Part shown: piece by piece, positions 61,479-64,000 of the stretch | How positions within the stretch are numbered: the first letter of the stretch is position 1 | How the letters are laid out: each line of letters starts with the position of its first letter | Origin: Phallusia mammillata | Taxonomy: Eukaryota | Direction of reading: 5' to 3' | DNA: 64,000 bases | Assembly (NCBI GenBank): GCA_965637545.1 | Contig: OZ281496.1 | Coordinates: 13,144,001-13,208,000, forward strand | Notes under the pieces: model-generated | What the model saw: only the letters and a program-made list of their open reading frames with translations | Database searches by the model: none | What the model was told of the DNA's origin: nothing | Made by a program: the position numbers and the translations under genes

Positions 61479-62499
61479 GAAGCGATTTCTAAAGAAAAAA
61501 AAAGAAAAATTAGCAGATGTTGTGAACAAGATATCTGTTCACTGGTCACTCAAATCACCGATTTCTATAACAGGATTACAAAATGCTGTTCCAATGTTCA
61601 ATAAGTTACTCACCTATCTGTTGACAGTGATGTTATTCTTGTTGATGTTTCAGTTATAGGCTATTAACCACGACACAAAGTTACCTAAACTGCTGAAAAT
61701 AACACATAATTAATTAAAACTTAGTTTGTTGAAAGCAGCTAAACTGTCAATTTATGTCGGGTTACGGATATTTTTAATGTATATTTTGTCATTTCTGCTA
61801 TTCATCACATGCAACGTATGTTTATCTGTATTTGTTGTAACAAACAATTGCGAAGTATTAGATTTCGTAGGGCTTCAGATTATAACAAATCAGTTCGTTA
61901 GTGGGCTGTTCCAACTTTGTGGGTTAACTTATATCAGTTGATCTTTTTTAAACCGTTTACGTTTCCAAGCTTAAATTCGCGAATGCTCACGCCGAATGTG
62001 TGCGACACTAAGGTCGTTGTAAAGGTGATGATATATCGAAAAGTTCGGGTGGTTCGGAAATAAGCAAGACATTTTTAATGTGACAAACCCATGTGTGAGG
62101 CTTAGCCTTGCTGGTCAGTTTATGGAATTTTAACAAGATGCCTATACAAAGTTGTTGATTTGTTTTGATCTTGGAATGAAATGTCATTCTTGCATGGGCA
62201 AACCTAGACACAATTCTGATCAAAACATCAAAAATGAGAGGCGGTCTTTAAAAGCGGAAACAGGGCATAACCGCTTTCAAAAAAACGGAAACGACACGTT
62301 ATGCGTAGATCTTACATACCGGTCTAATCCGGCTTGTTTTCAGAAATCGAATGACAAAGGCCAATTAGCGTTACACTCTGTATACGTATGCATTAATTGC
62401 AAAACCACCAAATAGTTATTTATGTTTTGTAAATTAGCGGGTTGAATTTGACATGTATTATACAGGGAACGGTGCCCTATGCATTTTCGCTATTGGTAA

Positions 62500-62920
62500 C
62501 AAATTTTGTTTTCAAATTCGTTAAATTTAACGAATTTTTGTTTTGAAACTTCATAATTAGGTATGAAAACAAATTTTTTTACAAATTTATTTCAAAAATA
62601 AATCTGCCAATTAGGGTCCTGCTTACATAAATTTGAAACATATCACTACTAATAGTGTAAGTTACAAATTTGAGTTCAAAACAAATTTTGTTTACACATT
62701 ATATTTGAAAACGCGTTTCGTTTACAAATTCGATTTCCAAAAAACTTTCTTTTGTAAATTTGATTTCAAAATATTAAAGAAACATTTTCAAAACAAATCT
62801 GGTTTACAACATTAATTTCAAAACAAAAGTTCGTTTCCAAATTTGATTTCAAAACCAATTTCGTTTACAAATTCGATTTCGAACCAAAAATTATTAGGAA
62901 AGTTGTTTTTAAAACCAAAT
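62500..62920. repeat. Degenerate ~30-bp AT-rich tandem array
   Basis: Recurring tttcaaaacaaatt(t)cgtttacaaatt(c/t)ga-like units. Confidence 0.7.
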
Positions 62921-62950
62921 TACGCTATTCAGTTTTCCTAACGGCATCGA

Positions 62951-64000
62951 CGATAGTGAAAAACGTTTACACGCCCTTGACGTAACAGCCAATTGTTATA
63001 ATTGTCACGCAATGTTTCGTACTGAAGGGTCCTACTTTATCGCGTTAACGGTCGTGTCCACGAAAATAAGTATGATGTGCGTTTGCCATTTCCGTTTCGC
63101 CTTACATGAACAAACTGAAACTTTGCAAGCTATGTCTCATTGCAATTCCAAATTGAATCGTAAAAAACGTTTAATTTTATCTCAGTTCGTTTGCGTTGTA
63201 GAGCCAATAAGGTATATTAAGAGCGACTGATTCTATCGCGATAACGGTCGTGCGCTCGATAATAAGTATTATGTTCGCTTTTCATTTTCGTTTAGCTAAC
63301 ATGAACAAACTGAAACTTTGCAAGCTCTGTCTGACTGCAATTCCAAATTGGCCCATGAAAACCATTTACTTTTATCTCAGTTCGTTTGCGTTGTAGAGCC
63401 AATAAGGTATATTATGAGCGACGTGATTGCATCGTGTTAACGGTCGTGGTCTCGAAAATATGTATGGTGTTCGCTTTTCACATCCGTTTCACAAAGCTGA
63501 ACAAACTGAAACTTTGCAAGCGATGTCTGACTGCAATTCCAAGTTGGATAGTGAAAAACGTTTAATGGTATCTTAGTTCGTTCGTGTTTCAAAGCCAATA
63601 AGGTAGCGGTCACCAACCTTTTTAATGCTTAGGTGTGGCTTAAGATCAGCAGTGGCTCGAGGCCTACCAGTTGAAAACATAAGTAAAAACATGTCAAATA
63701 ATAATTAACTGAATGCTTATTTAAAACCGGATTGTTGTAAATCAATGCATATATTTTGTAAAAGTTCACGAAAATTTATAGTGCGTATAATCCTCTATGA
63801 AAGGCAGGGTTTTATAAGATCCACTGGCTTCAACATTTTCTCGTTCACTAACCGCTGTTTGTTCACACGCACTTGACGTAACAGCCAATTGTTATAAATA
63901 TCACGCAATGCTTCTTCGTACTGAAGGGTCCTATCGCGTTAACGGTCGTGTCCACGAAAATAAGTATGATGTTCGCTTGCCATTTGCGTTTCGCGAACAT
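62951..64000. repeat. Tandem repeat with a ~195-bp monomer and ~896-bp higher-order restart; runs off the window
   Basis: Monomers start near 63037, 63231 and 63427 (atcgcgttaacggtcg...ccaataaggta). The head sequence at 62971 recurs at 63867. Confidence 0.9.

Overview
AT-rich eukaryotic (animal) genomic DNA with short GT-AG introns. The LRR-less LDLa-GPCR gene and the intron sizes suggest an ascidian or other marine invertebrate; this is an inference. The window is mostly decayed, nested transposable elements. These are: a CR1/L2-type LINE split by a second near-full-length LINE; an RTE RT fragment; Zisupton-like and Harbinger transposase remnants; a 2.5-kb hAT (Charlie/SPIN-like) element; an EnSpm/CACTA element; an ISL2EU element (THAP-DDE plus YqaJ); two inverted copies of a repeat carrying a Penelope GIY-YIG fragment; and many MITEs with verifiable TIRs and TSDs. 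Host-like genes are a multi-exon LDLa-repeat rhodopsin-class GPCR (minus strand, 49043-61478), a predicted 76-aa secreted single-EGF protein, two divergent damaged C2H2 zinc-finger genes and a damaged MADF gene. The most notable object is a 4.8-kb element with long TIRs (19239-24029) carrying a spliced integrase-core (IS3EU/IS481-like) transposase and, convergently, an intronless alpha-kinase gene. All alignments and family calls were made by eye from motifs; no database search was run.
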